A stretch of DNA of 64,000 bases from Octopus bimaculoides (lineage: Eukaryota). Location of the stretch: positions 56,255,354 to 56,319,353 of the forward strand of contig NC_068991.1 of NCBI RefSeq assembly GCF_001194135.2, read 5' to 3'. The translations under genes and the position numbers were made by a program. The notes below the pieces were generated by a model. The model did not search any database. It was given only the letters and a program-made list of their open reading frames with translations, and was not told the origin of the DNA. This document shows, piece after piece, positions 12,974 through 23,799 of the stretch. Position 1 is the first letter of the stretch. Each line of letters starts with the position of its first letter.

Positions 12974-12986
12974 TGACCTCTGACCC
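12974..12986 (-). promoter_or_regulatory. DR1-type nuclear receptor element
   Basis: TGACCT-C-TGACCC (GGGTCA-G-AGGTCA on the minus strand) in non-repeat intronic sequence. Motif match only. Confidence 0.3.
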
Positions 12987-13956
12987 AGTTGTGCCCTGCC
13001 ACCTCCTCCACCCAACCCATAACTAACCACAGTGCAGAGTCCCTAGTTTTTTCTTTTTTCTATGTCAGCTTACTGTCAGCCTAATTTGAAGACAGTTAAG
13101 TAACAATTATGGAACAATTACACGCACTGTGCAGCACTAAAGAGAAACAAGCCCATTCGAAATTGTTTATACACACATGAAGATATATACACACATGGAT
13201 ATACACACACATAGATAAACTGAAATTCAAGTCAGTCAACAAAGAACTCGGGGAAATGTATAAATAGAGACTTTTCCCATTAATGTGTCTGTTAGTGAGC
13301 GAACGTGTATGTATGTATGTATGTATGCATGTACATGCACGTGCACATGCAAAGAAAAATAAAACTCAGACAGACACACACGTGCAGGTGTGGAGATGAT
13401 TGTTTTACACTGGAAGATTTTAAAGTAACACAGGCACAATTTCAGTACAAGTTAGAAACGAGCTCAGACAGAGTGATATGGTGTGATGAAGTGAGCAAGA
13501 TGTGTGCCAGTGAGTGTGTGTATGTGCGCGTGCATGTAATGTGTTGCAATGGGTTATGTTATGCGCACACAGTCAGGTGTGTGTGTGTGTGTGTGCAACT
13601 GACATCAGTTATTTTGAATGCACCAGGAGAACTCTAAAACAATATTGTTTGAAAGCAACAACAGAGCAATGTTAATTAGTCTGTAAGCAAGTTAAATTAG
13701 ACCCTGGGTACTTTCTTATGATTGACAGCCAATTTGTAATTTACTCAAGGTGCAGGCATGGCTGTGTGGTAAAAAGTTCTCTTCTCAAATCACATGGTTT
13801 TGGGTTCAGTCCTGTTGCATAACACCCTAGGAAAGTGTCTCCAACTATAACCTAAGACTGACCAAAGCTTTGTGAGTGGATTTGGTGGCTGGAAACTGAA
13901 AGAAGCCAGGCCTTTGCTTTTTTTCTTTCTTGGTGATGTAGTGATAGCTACTATTT

Positions 13957-14100
13957 GAGTGGTTGGCGTTAGGAAGGGCATCCAGCTGTAGAAACTCTGC
14001 CAGATCAGATTGGAGCCTGGTGCAGCCATCTGGTTCGCCAGCCCTCAGTCAAATCGTCCAACCCATGCTAGCACGGAAAGCAGATGTTAAACGGTGATGA
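13957..14100 (+). mobile_element. Family E short retroposon (LINE-tail-like 3' end, (GAT)n tail)
   Basis: gagtggttggcgttaggaagggcatccagctgtagaaac...ccaacccatgctagca.ggaaag...gatga. Copies at about 24250, 26030, 42570, 55430(-), 56950, 59520, 59650(-) and 60810/61170. Confidence 0.75.
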
Positions 14101-14689
14101 TTTCATTATGACAATATAACAGGATTTTAAAAATATCGAATGGATATAGGTGTCCACTGAAGTTATGTTATGCACACACAGTCAGGTGTGTGTGTTTGAA
14201 AGCAACAACAGAGTAATATTAATTAATCTCTAAGTAAGTCCCAACCCATCATCTCACCATATAAAGCTGCTTCCCACCTCACCTGCAGTTTCAGGGTTTG
14301 TAACCTTGCAAGCCACATGGTAACCTTACTAGGGCTGATGGCAAATAAAAAGCACACAGTATATGATGGAAAGTGGTTGGCATAAAGGAAGGGTGCCCAG
14401 TCATAGAAACCATGCTAAAGCAGACACTGGAGCACAATGCAATTCTTGGACTCACTGGGTCCTGTTAAGCCATCGAAAACATGTCAGCAAGGACACTAAA
14501 TGATGTTGACCACGATTTCTGTATTAATTTCATATTTATTCATTATTTTAATTTTTTTTTGTGTTCGGCATAAAATCAATACAAACACACACACACACAC
14601 TCTCTCTCTCTCTCTCTCTCTGAAAGTACATTTTAATGAAACGAGGAATGGAAAAACATAAAAGCAACTTTTGGGGAAAAAATACATAA

Positions 14690-15045
14690 AAGAACAGGAA
14701 CAAAAGTGTTTCTTTTTTTTTTGAGCAAAAAGAAATAAACTGCTAAAAAAATTAAATGGTAGGTGAGGGTAAGCAAAAACAATGTAAAGTAGAACTCTGT
14801 GGTGGTGAGGGCAAAGAGATGGAGGTGTATACAATAGAAAACTGTTCAAGTGTTTAGTGAGANNNNNNNNNNAAGAACAGGAACAAAAGTGTTTCTTTTT
14901 TTTTTGAGCAAAAAGAAATAAACTGCTAAAAAAATTAAATGGTAGGTGAGGGTAAGCAAAAACAATGTAAAGTAGAACTCTGTGGTGGTGAGGGCAAAGA
15001 GATGGAGGTGTATACAATAGAAAACTGTTCAAGTGTTTAGTGAGA
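14690..15045. repeat. Identical 173-bp direct duplication across a 10-N gap (probable assembly overlap artefact)
   Basis: 14690-14862 equals 14873-15045, including the T10 run, and the copies are separated only by N10. Confidence 0.85.
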
Positions 15046-15571
15046 TTTAGAGGTATAAAGTGAATTAAGTAGTTTGTATGTGCATGATGTATGTATATGT
15101 GTGTGTATATGTGTATGTGCTACAGTGACAAAAAGTGAGGAGAAATTTTGGGAACTGCTATGAACATTTAAAGCTGTCTCAAGTGAAAGCAGCAGCAATA
15201 TTGAGCAGGTAGAATAATAATGATGATGATAAAAAGAACTGGTGGATGGTGAGAGTTGGTGGAGAATAATATTGCTGACTGTTCTCAATTTAGGGGGAGG
15301 ATTGTTTGGTAATGTGTACGTGCGCTTGCGTACATGTGTGATTTTTATTTTATTTTATTTTTTATTTTTAATCAATTCAGAAAAGATAAAACAGAAACAA
15401 GAAGAATTGTCTTTCAGATTAAACAGATAAAGAAGAAAAAAAAAACAACGGAAAGAAAAAGAGATAAATTGTATTGATTGCAAATAGAAGGTAAAAAAAA
15501 GATAAACAAAAAACAAAAAATAAACAATTCATTGCATTTCATGTGCTTTTGTGTGTTTATGTGTATATGTA

Positions 15572-15609
<38 letters not shown>

Positions 15610-16722
15610 TTTAATGTAAATATTTCTATTGCCTTCCTCCACACTCCACCAACCACCACCACCACAAGGGTTCTTAGAATCCAACACTTTTAGATCTGAT
15701 TTCTTAGTAGGAAGTGGATAAGAAATGAATCTCCTACTGGATAAGATGCCAGTCTATTGTGCAAATCATATACCAGTCCTTTTGTGTTAATTAGGTGAAC
15801 TTGAAGCATGTTTCTAATGAAGCGTAATATATTCATCCAACCTATACCAGCATGAGTTGGATGAAGCATAATGTATTCATCCAACTCATGCCAGCAATGA
15901 CACAAATGGACATAAAGACAAACAAAATACATACATGCGTTTATGTATACACGCAGAAGAACAATTTTGAATCAAAATCTGTAAAATACACTCGTTAACA
16001 AACTCTATCTGACCTGGAACAGTCTGTAATATTGTCTTCCATTGATGCCCACCACCCTTACTTCTTCCCATTATTGTTTTACCATGTTAGAACAATAGTG
16101 TGTAGGGTATAGCTGTGTGTGTGTGTGTGTGTGTGTGTGTTTTTGAATGAATACATATCTGCCTTCATATTTGACACTGCTTGGCAAAACACTGTCTGTA
16201 TCTATGCCGTTATCTAGCAGTGCAATAAATAGGTATTGCTGAAATATGTACTGGGTGTGAAGGCTTGTGGCTCAGTGGTTAGGATATTTGGCTTACAGTC
16301 ATAAGGTCCTGGGTTCAATTCCTGGCTGTGTGTAGTGTCTTTGAGCAACGCACTTTATTTCCCGTTAAAAACGAGTTGTACCTATATTTCAAAAACCAGC
16401 CTTGTCACATTCTGTGTCAATCATCCTGAGAGCTACATTATGGGTACATGTGTATCAGCCACTTGCACATTAATTTGATAAGCAGGGTGTTCCATGGATT
16501 GGATCAACTGGAACTCAACATAACTGGAAGAGTGTCAGTACAGTGGGGGATGTGACTGACTGAAGCTCTTCAAGGTGGTACTCCAGCAAGAGTACCATAT
16601 CTATCAAGTGGTGGGTATTAAGTTTGGCATAGCCCGGGTTAATACTGGTTGAATCCAATCTTAATGCATACTGATCTGGCAATTCCATAGAAGCACATAA
16701 AAGAGCAAGATTAGCACTAAAT

Positions 16723-17306
16723 CAGTGGTTCTTCCCTTGATTACCATTTTATTCTGGTGGACCTGATAGACATTCAGTGTTTAAAAACTAGGTGGCGAGG
16801 TGGCAAAAACGTTAGCACACCGAGCGAAATGCTTAGTGGTATTTCGTCTGTCTTTACGTTCTGAGTTCAAATTCTGCCGAGGTTGACTTTGCCTTTCAAC
16901 GTTTCGGGGTCAATAAATTAAGTACCAGTTGCGTATTGCGGTTGATCTAATCAACTGGCCTCCTCCCCAAACAATTTCGGGCCTTGTGCCTAGAGTAGAA
17001 AAAATGTTTAAAAACTAGTATTATAAGATACTTCTTTCATAATTCCTATTTTGAATTTTACATGTTCTCTTGTGTAAATTTGCAATAGCACTCTCCCTGA
17101 GAGAACATGTTTCAATAACCAGAAACCTGTTAAACATTGTAAAATATTAGACAAACAACTTAGCTGTTTATTGTTTCTTGCAATAAATACATCCAAATCA
17201 AAATTTTTCGGTGGGCTCTTGAAATACTGCTGTGGATCCCCAATTTACTATTTTGCTTGCTTGGAGCCCACCAAAATCTTATATGGACCCTGGTTGAGAA
17301 CCACTG
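16723..17306. mobile_element. hAT-like MITE (CAGTGGTTCT... termini) interrupted by a SINE
   Basis: Left end CAGTGGTTCTTCCC at 16723 and right end GGTTGAGAACCACTG ending at 17306. The 8-bp TSD is decayed (cactaaat / ctctagca). A related copy lies at 23169-23938. Confidence 0.6.
16792..17004 (+). mobile_element. Family D SINE (Meta-domain-like) with a 14-bp TSD
   Basis: The TSD TGTTTAAAAACTAG is at 16778-16791 and 17005-17018. The body ...gaggttgactttgcctttcaacgtttcggggtcaataaattaagtaccag resembles the MetaSINE conserved domain as I recall it. Copies at about 3525, 10180(-), 25500, 35521 and 35752 (tandem), 36540(-), 40860(-) and 52960-53570(-) (several). Confidence 0.85.
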
Positions 17307-17494
17307 CTCTAGCAGGACAAATATGACTGAAGTGATCAACCATTAGTTTTAATGAGAATTAAATTAAAAGAATTTTGGCATGAGAATGTTTTGTAAAACA
17401 ATATGTAAGTGAAACTTAGAACATAAAACAGCTAATAATTATCTCATAAATATGAGACAAAAGAATAGCAACAAGTACAAAGGAATAGCTTTGC

Positions 17495-17535
<41 letters not shown>

Positions 17536-18469
17536 GTTATTGTTATTGCTATTTCAGAGAGTAGTTAAACCAAGAATCCACTTCAAAAGTTTGCAAGAAC
17601 ATAAGAGCTGCTAAGATAAGGAAAACAGAAAATGGTTTTTAAAAGGAATTCTAAGAAAATATGAAAAAAATGGAAAGAGAAAAAAAGAGGGTGTGCAGAG
17701 TTGAGAGAGAAAGAGAGATGGGGGAAGGGGTGCATGGAGTTTTGAGTTGTGTATTTTGTGAGTGAGATGGTGTGGAAGTTGTTAGAAGTTACCAGCTTGT
17801 GTTGGAAGGAACAAACAATCCAAGCAAAAGACAAAGGGAAGAGAAAATAACTGGTATGAAGATGTAGTGACAGATATTTTTCACATGTGTGTCTGTGTGT
17901 GTGTGTGAATACTACACATATGGAGAGAGAAAGAGGATGGAGGAGAGAGAATCAGGGTGGTTAGGTTTGTTTGGAAGGAGGTAGTGTGGTGGTGGTAGTG
18001 GTGGTGATAATAGTGGAGAGGTATAGGTGGATGGGATCAAAGCAATATCAGACAGTAGTCTGTAGGGCTGCCCAAATGAGCTGATTTTTGTGCCAAACAT
18101 TTCAACATGTGATACTGCTTACTGTTGGTGGTCACTGATTAATGGCAAGCACACACACACACACACAGAGTCTGAGAAAACAGTTGGAAAACTTTAAAAA
18201 AAAAAAAGCAACCCCCCCCCCCACCAAAAAAAAAAACAAAGGCTCCATCCCTTCACCCATTTCTAACTCAAGCTGGCTGTTTATTTATTTATTTTTTTCC
18301 CTTAGACTTTTCAGAAGATTCTTATTTTCAGTGAAAACAAGATAAAGAAAAGCTGATTTGAAAGGAAATTTAGCATTTGTCTTTAGTTTAAATTTCTTAT
18401 TTTTAGTTCAAGTTTCTTTTATGAGAGTTGCCAGCAGCATTTTTCAAGAATTTTAAATTAGTTCTGCAG

Positions 18470-18492
18470 GTCTTATTTACAGTTCAAGTTTG
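18470..18492 (+). CDS. Weak candidate 23-nt microexon (phase 2 to 1; K-SYLQFKF)
   Basis: TAGTTCTGCAG| acceptor and TTTG|GTAAAT donor. Restores phase 1 when joined to 8667-8694. Splice signals only. Confidence 0.2.
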
Positions 18493-18844
18493 GTAAATAA
18501 ATAAAAAAAAGTAATCATATACACACACACACAAAGAGAGAGAGATGGGGTGTTGTATATTTCTCTAAGCTTGAAGTATTGACAGGTGTTGGGAGTGGTC
18601 GAATTCCTTACAAAAGGCTTGAAAACCTTTGAATTTTTAAATTGTCCCCAGGGAATCATGGCCAGCTGACTAAATAGAAGACTAATTTCCTGCAACTGTG
18701 GCCATCACACAACATGGACATTAAGCTATCTTTAGCAAAAGTCAAAAGATGAATTCAAGTGTTTGATTGTAGAAAAAGATCTTTCAAAAGCAGTTTCGAC
18801 TGATTTGCTGACATCTTTTACTGCAACCATGCTGGAGCATCACC

Positions 18845-19051
18845 TTAAACCTTTAGCATTCAAGTTACTCTGTCAAGTGCAATGATTTTTCATTCACATT
18901 GTTTTCCATTAATTTTGCATTTATTTTGTGACTGTATATGTTTAGAACAGCATTGAAGGATAAGTGTGATAGGCTGGATCTGGCTGGTTAGAACATAAAA
19001 CAGGTAACATATCTGGACCAGATATGGCTGGTTTAAATGCTAGGAGGTTAA
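18845..19051. mobile_element. TTAA-flanked piggyBac-like MITE nested in a SINE tail
   Basis: Ends are TTAAACCTTTAGCATTC and AAATGCTAGGAGGTTAA. The host SINE motif ggagcatcacc|...|agaactttagtc is split around it. Related copies at about 19470-19700, 22300-22521, 22520-22730 and 39062-39260. Confidence 0.65.
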
Positions 19052-22000
19052 AGAACTTTAGTCAAATAAATCGACCCCAGTACATTTCTTTAATGCCTGG
19101 TACTTATTCTATTGGCATCTTTTGCCGAATTGCTAAGTCACAGTGATATAAACACACCAATACCAGTTTTCAAATGGTGATGTGGGACAGACAGACACAA
19201 AGATACACACACATTGGGCTTCCTTTAGTTTCTGTCTACCAAATCTACTCACAAGGCTTTGGTCTGCCCAAGGCATCAACCAGTGGGACTGAACCTGGAA
19301 ACATGTGCTTGGGAAGCAAACTTCTTACCACACAGCCACACCTGCAATTCTATTAACTACACAAGAGTCAGTTTACACTCAAGACTGACTTCCAATTAAG
19401 AAATAGGACATTAATCCTTTTGACACTTATCTAAGACTGCTTTTGGTTCAATGATACAAACAACCTGTTTAATCCTTTAGCTTTTAACCTGGCCACAATC
19501 AACCCAAAATATTCTACCTATTTGATGCTCAAGCTGGTCAGGTCTTGTCTCTCACACCTAACCTACAATGTCATTCTAAGAATAAACAATAACCCTCATC
19601 AAAATCTGGGAGCTACAAAATAATATATAATGATATCGAAACAATGAGAGTAAATCAGCATTTCGCTTGACAGAATAATCTGAATGCAAAAGAGCTAATG
19701 TGATTTAAACTGAAACTTGCCTTTAAAATTTCATGTTACTCTGTTTCAAATGCCATTTTAATAATGGCAAAGTTATTTTATTTAAATTCTTTATTATTTT
19801 CTAAATAAATTAAAAATGGAGGCAGTGTAGTTTAACAGAAATATGGTAACGGAAAATGAGAAATTAATATAATTTTTAAGGGTCTTTCAGAATTAAGTTT
19901 ATATTACTGCATCACACACACACAAACTAGATGATAAGTAGAAAATAAGTAATGTTTTAAACGTATTAAAGTTTTAATGAATTCATCATAGATTTATGCA
20001 GTATCTTTAGAGAATAAACATTGACATTGAGTTTATCAGTAAAAACTGGAAAGTACACACACACACACACAGAAAATATATACATACACCTGTATGTATT
20101 CACATACATATATACACACACACATTTCCTATACACAGCAACACACGCATTCATATACATACATATACAGATATGTAATACACACATGTAAGTTGATAAG
20201 CCATATCTTCATCTAAATGATCAAATCAACATTCTTAGGCTTACTAATAAGACCAAACAACAGCAACAAGAAGAAGTCCAAGTCCAAATAGCAGTGTATT
20301 ACTACTACTACCGCCACTACCACCACTACCACCAGCAGCAGTAGTAGTAGTAATAGTACATCAGTAGAGATTAGATAAGAGAAAAACAGATCAAATCAGG
20401 CTGGAGGTTCATGTTTTAATTTACTGGTTTGGAAGTGAAAGGCCAACGGAAAAAGTTCTAATAATACATTACTAAATCAATGACTCATACTTCAGACCTC
20501 GACCTCCTCTTTAATTCAGCTCTTCTCTCATTACAAGTATATATAAACAATTACAATCATGTCTAATCCTATACACTAGATTGATTGCTCTGGCAAGATT
20601 TATTATATTATAATGCATTTTCAAAGACTCATCAGTTTTTGTGTTCATTCGTGAAACCATATTCCTCAATCATAGCTTTATCTTGTATCATGATCAACTT
20701 GAGATTATTTCTTTAATTCGTCCAGTCCTAACATTTCTGTCCACACAAAAACTCTTCCAACCCAAAAGCTACTCTACCAAACACATTGGGTTATCTTATA
20801 TGAATTTAAATACTGCATTTCTAAGCACGCTGAATGACATCTGTGATCGTGTCCATCCTGCTCTTGCTTGTCTTGCATGACAGTGGACACCCTTCCCTCT
20901 TCATTTCATCTTTAACCTCTCCATCATTGCTTTATATGCAGAAACCGTTTAAGAAATTTGGTAATTATGCATTTGACATGAACAGGAAGAAATGCAAAGA
21001 ATTGTGAAGGTCAGTCAGCTCCATCTATCCATCCTAATTATGATATTAATGCAAACATGGACTGAAGGCTTAAATTGATGAGAGAAAGGCTTACTTGCCA
21101 ACATTAGTTATGCATGACATCTGTCTCAAACTTTAATTATAGCACTGTTACTCAGAGTAGTTATAGCAATGGTGTTTAGAATAGTTTTAGTATTAATAAT
21201 AGTTATAATACTGATATAAGAGTGCTTATAATACTGGTATTAAGAGTGATTATAGAGGTGATAGGAGAGAAGCAGTAGTACTGATATAAGGACCTTTATC
21301 TTCTACCATCTACTTGTTTCCGTTAGTAGACTGTAGCCATGCCAGAAGAATTTTTTAGCTGAATGAATCGACCCAGGTACTTATTTTTTCTTGAAGCCTG
21401 GTACTTATTCTATCAGTCTCTTTTGCTGAACCACTAAGTTACAGGACTGTAAACATACCAACACCAGTTGTCATGCAATGGTGGACACTGTCTACCAAAT
21501 TCCTTCACAAGGCTTTGGTCAGCCAAAGGCTTTAGTGGAAGACACTTGGCCAAGATTCCATGCAGTGGGACTGAACCCAGAACCATGTGGTTGAGAAGGA
21601 ACTTCTTACCACACAGCCACAAATGTTTGTAGGATCAATACTAGAGTAGTCATAAATCTATGGTCAGCTCCATGTCTTAAACTTGTGGCTTTTACCATAT
21701 TTTAATCCCTGCAGCTACCTGCAACACCTAAAATCCGTGATAACAAACCCAAACTTCTTTATTCCTCAACCCGTCTCAATAAATGTCTTGAGTAGGGAGT
21801 TTTATGGGAGGGAAGGGACGTCTGTCTGCATTTTAATTTTAAGAAAGCTTAGTAACCAACAAGGCATGTTTTGAATGAAATACAATTAAATCCTGTTATA
21901 AGCAATTCATTTACAGACAACAATAGGGATTATTGCAAGTTAGTCATAAAGATAACAGGATTAACTAAATGACATGCAACATTTGAAATTAAAATGAACA

Positions 22001-22180
22001 GCAAAAATAAAAAAAAGGAGTCATAAAGTGTCTACTCACAAGTGAAGTTGTTCAAGACTATAATTCTTTCCAAAATATGGCATTTCAGCAAGGTTATTAT
22101 AACTAAGTTTCCTGCAAAGAAATAACAAAAGGAATAAAATTTAAAATATAAAAAAAAGTAGCAGAATTTATTTAAATACA

Positions 22181-22285
22181 TACTGTATATGATGGCATAA
22201 CCCTACCCCAAGAAAAACATACAGGTATATTAGATGCACCTTAATTCCAGTAGTGCATATTCAGAGAAAAAGAAAGTTTTTAGTT
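22181..22285 (+). mobile_element. Decayed pogo/Tigger-like terminal sequence
   Basis: tactgtatatgatggcataa...gtatattagatgcacc...cagtagtgcatattc...agtttttag. A homologous piece lies at about 27041-27125. It resembles TACCGTA...GGCGTATAAGACGCAC pogo termini. Confidence 0.35.
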
Positions 22286-23351
22286 CATTAACTCATAACC
22301 TTTTAAGCATTCGAACTGGCCATACCAGGCCCAAATATTCATGTTTTGTGTTCAAACTGATCAGATCAGGCCTCTCACAACTATCCTGCAATGTCATTCT
22401 AAAAGTAAACAATTATATCATTGAAATCTGAAATCTATGAGATGATGCATGAATAATTCAAAACAATTTGAATGAATAAGCACTACATATGATGGAGTAA
22501 TGTGAATGTTAAAGGGTTAAGCATTCCGATTACTGCCAAATGTAATGTTTATTCATTCATATTGTTTTGAATTAATTATGCATTATCCTGGTAGGTTTGA
22601 GATTTCAATGATGTGTCTGTTTATCTTTAGGATGACATTGTAGGGTAGTTGTGAGTGGCTGGATCTGGATGGTTGTAGCATAAAACATGAATATTTGGGC
22701 TGGGCATGGCTGGTTTAAATGTTAAAGCATGTGATTAGGTCTATCTTAGCATATAGGACATGGGGTGATTTTTTTTGCAACGTTTGTTTAAAACAAAAAA
22801 AAGTGTGTCGTGTAAGCCACTAAGTGCGGTACTGTGAATATAATAAAATAATTGTAAAGCTGATCGTCCACAATGCATATCAATATGAATGTAGTAGAAC
22901 TTCAGGACTAAAATGATAATAATAATAATAATAAAAAAAAAAAGACAAATTAATAGAAATAGAAATGTTATTTCTTTTTGCGTTTCTTTCTCTTTTGATG
23001 ATGTCAAAAAAAATTATGTTAAGTGCAAAATTCTTGAAGTTTTGAGGCAGGTATTAAGAACCTGAATCTTTCAAACAAACTTATTTGAGATGGTGAATCT
23101 TAGAGTCTGTATAATGTGAGTAATAACAAAGAAATATGTAAGCATTGCTCATGAAAACCAGAAAAACGAAGTGGTTCTCAACCATTCTTTTGTCTATGGG
23201 CTCTTTTGATTCCTATTTTACTCAACTGGACTCTCATAGCCATTTGACATTTAAAAAAAAAATCCCGTTATATTTTTATAATTAAATGTTATGAGGAATT
23301 ATATAAAATAAAATTGTAAAAATGTTTTGTGAATTGTAGAAGTATAATCAA

Positions 23352-23799
23352 TTGTAGTAAAGATCGTTTGCTAACATAACATGGCAGTCCTGGTTTAGGA
23401 CTAATGATGCTGTAATTTAGCCCCAGGAGACATTGTCTCCAGCTGGCTATACGACACAATCTGTGTCCTTATATTTTCGAACAAGGGAATCTAGCAACCC
23501 CAACTCAGCTCAAAACGATATCTGTGTATTGCGATTTCTGGGTTATTTCCCTTCATCAGCACAGAATAATTGTTCGGCTAGAGGTGGCACTGCCAAATTC
23601 CCGTTCAAACTATATAGTTTTCAAAGTGACAACTAGTCACTGATTTATAAATTTGAAAATTACTATTACTGTTCGAAAATATAAGGATACATCGTGTCGT
23701 ATAGCCAGCTGGAGACGATGTCTCCTGGGGCTAAATTACAGCAACATAAGTCCTAAACCAGGACTGCCATGTTATGTTGGCAAACAATCTTTACTACAA
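23352..23799. mobile_element. Foldback/MITE-like element with about 130-bp inverted arms, inserted in a hAT-like MITE (23169-23938)
   Basis: Arm 23352-23483 matches the reverse complement of 23670-23799 with about 7 substitutions and a 2-nt indel. No clear TSD. Confidence 0.85.
23521..23565 (-). ncRNA. Minimal type I hammerhead motif in the spacer of the foldback element
   Basis: Minus strand: TCTGTG-CTGATGA-a-GGG-aaataa-CCC-a-GAAA-TCGCAA-TA-CACAGA. Perfect 6-bp helix I, intact core, near-palindromic helix III and AUA triplet, with an A-A mismatch at the base of helix II. Confidence 0.7.

Noticed and set aside
14496-15045. Apparent tandem peptide repeat / 173-bp duplication
   Set aside because: 100% identical copies across N10: a contig-overlap artefact rather than biology.
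20601-20640. CTGATGA-gtcttt-GAAA-atgcat-TA on the minus strand
   Set aside because: Core and palindrome are present, but there is no helix II and no helix I pairing, so it is compatible with chance.
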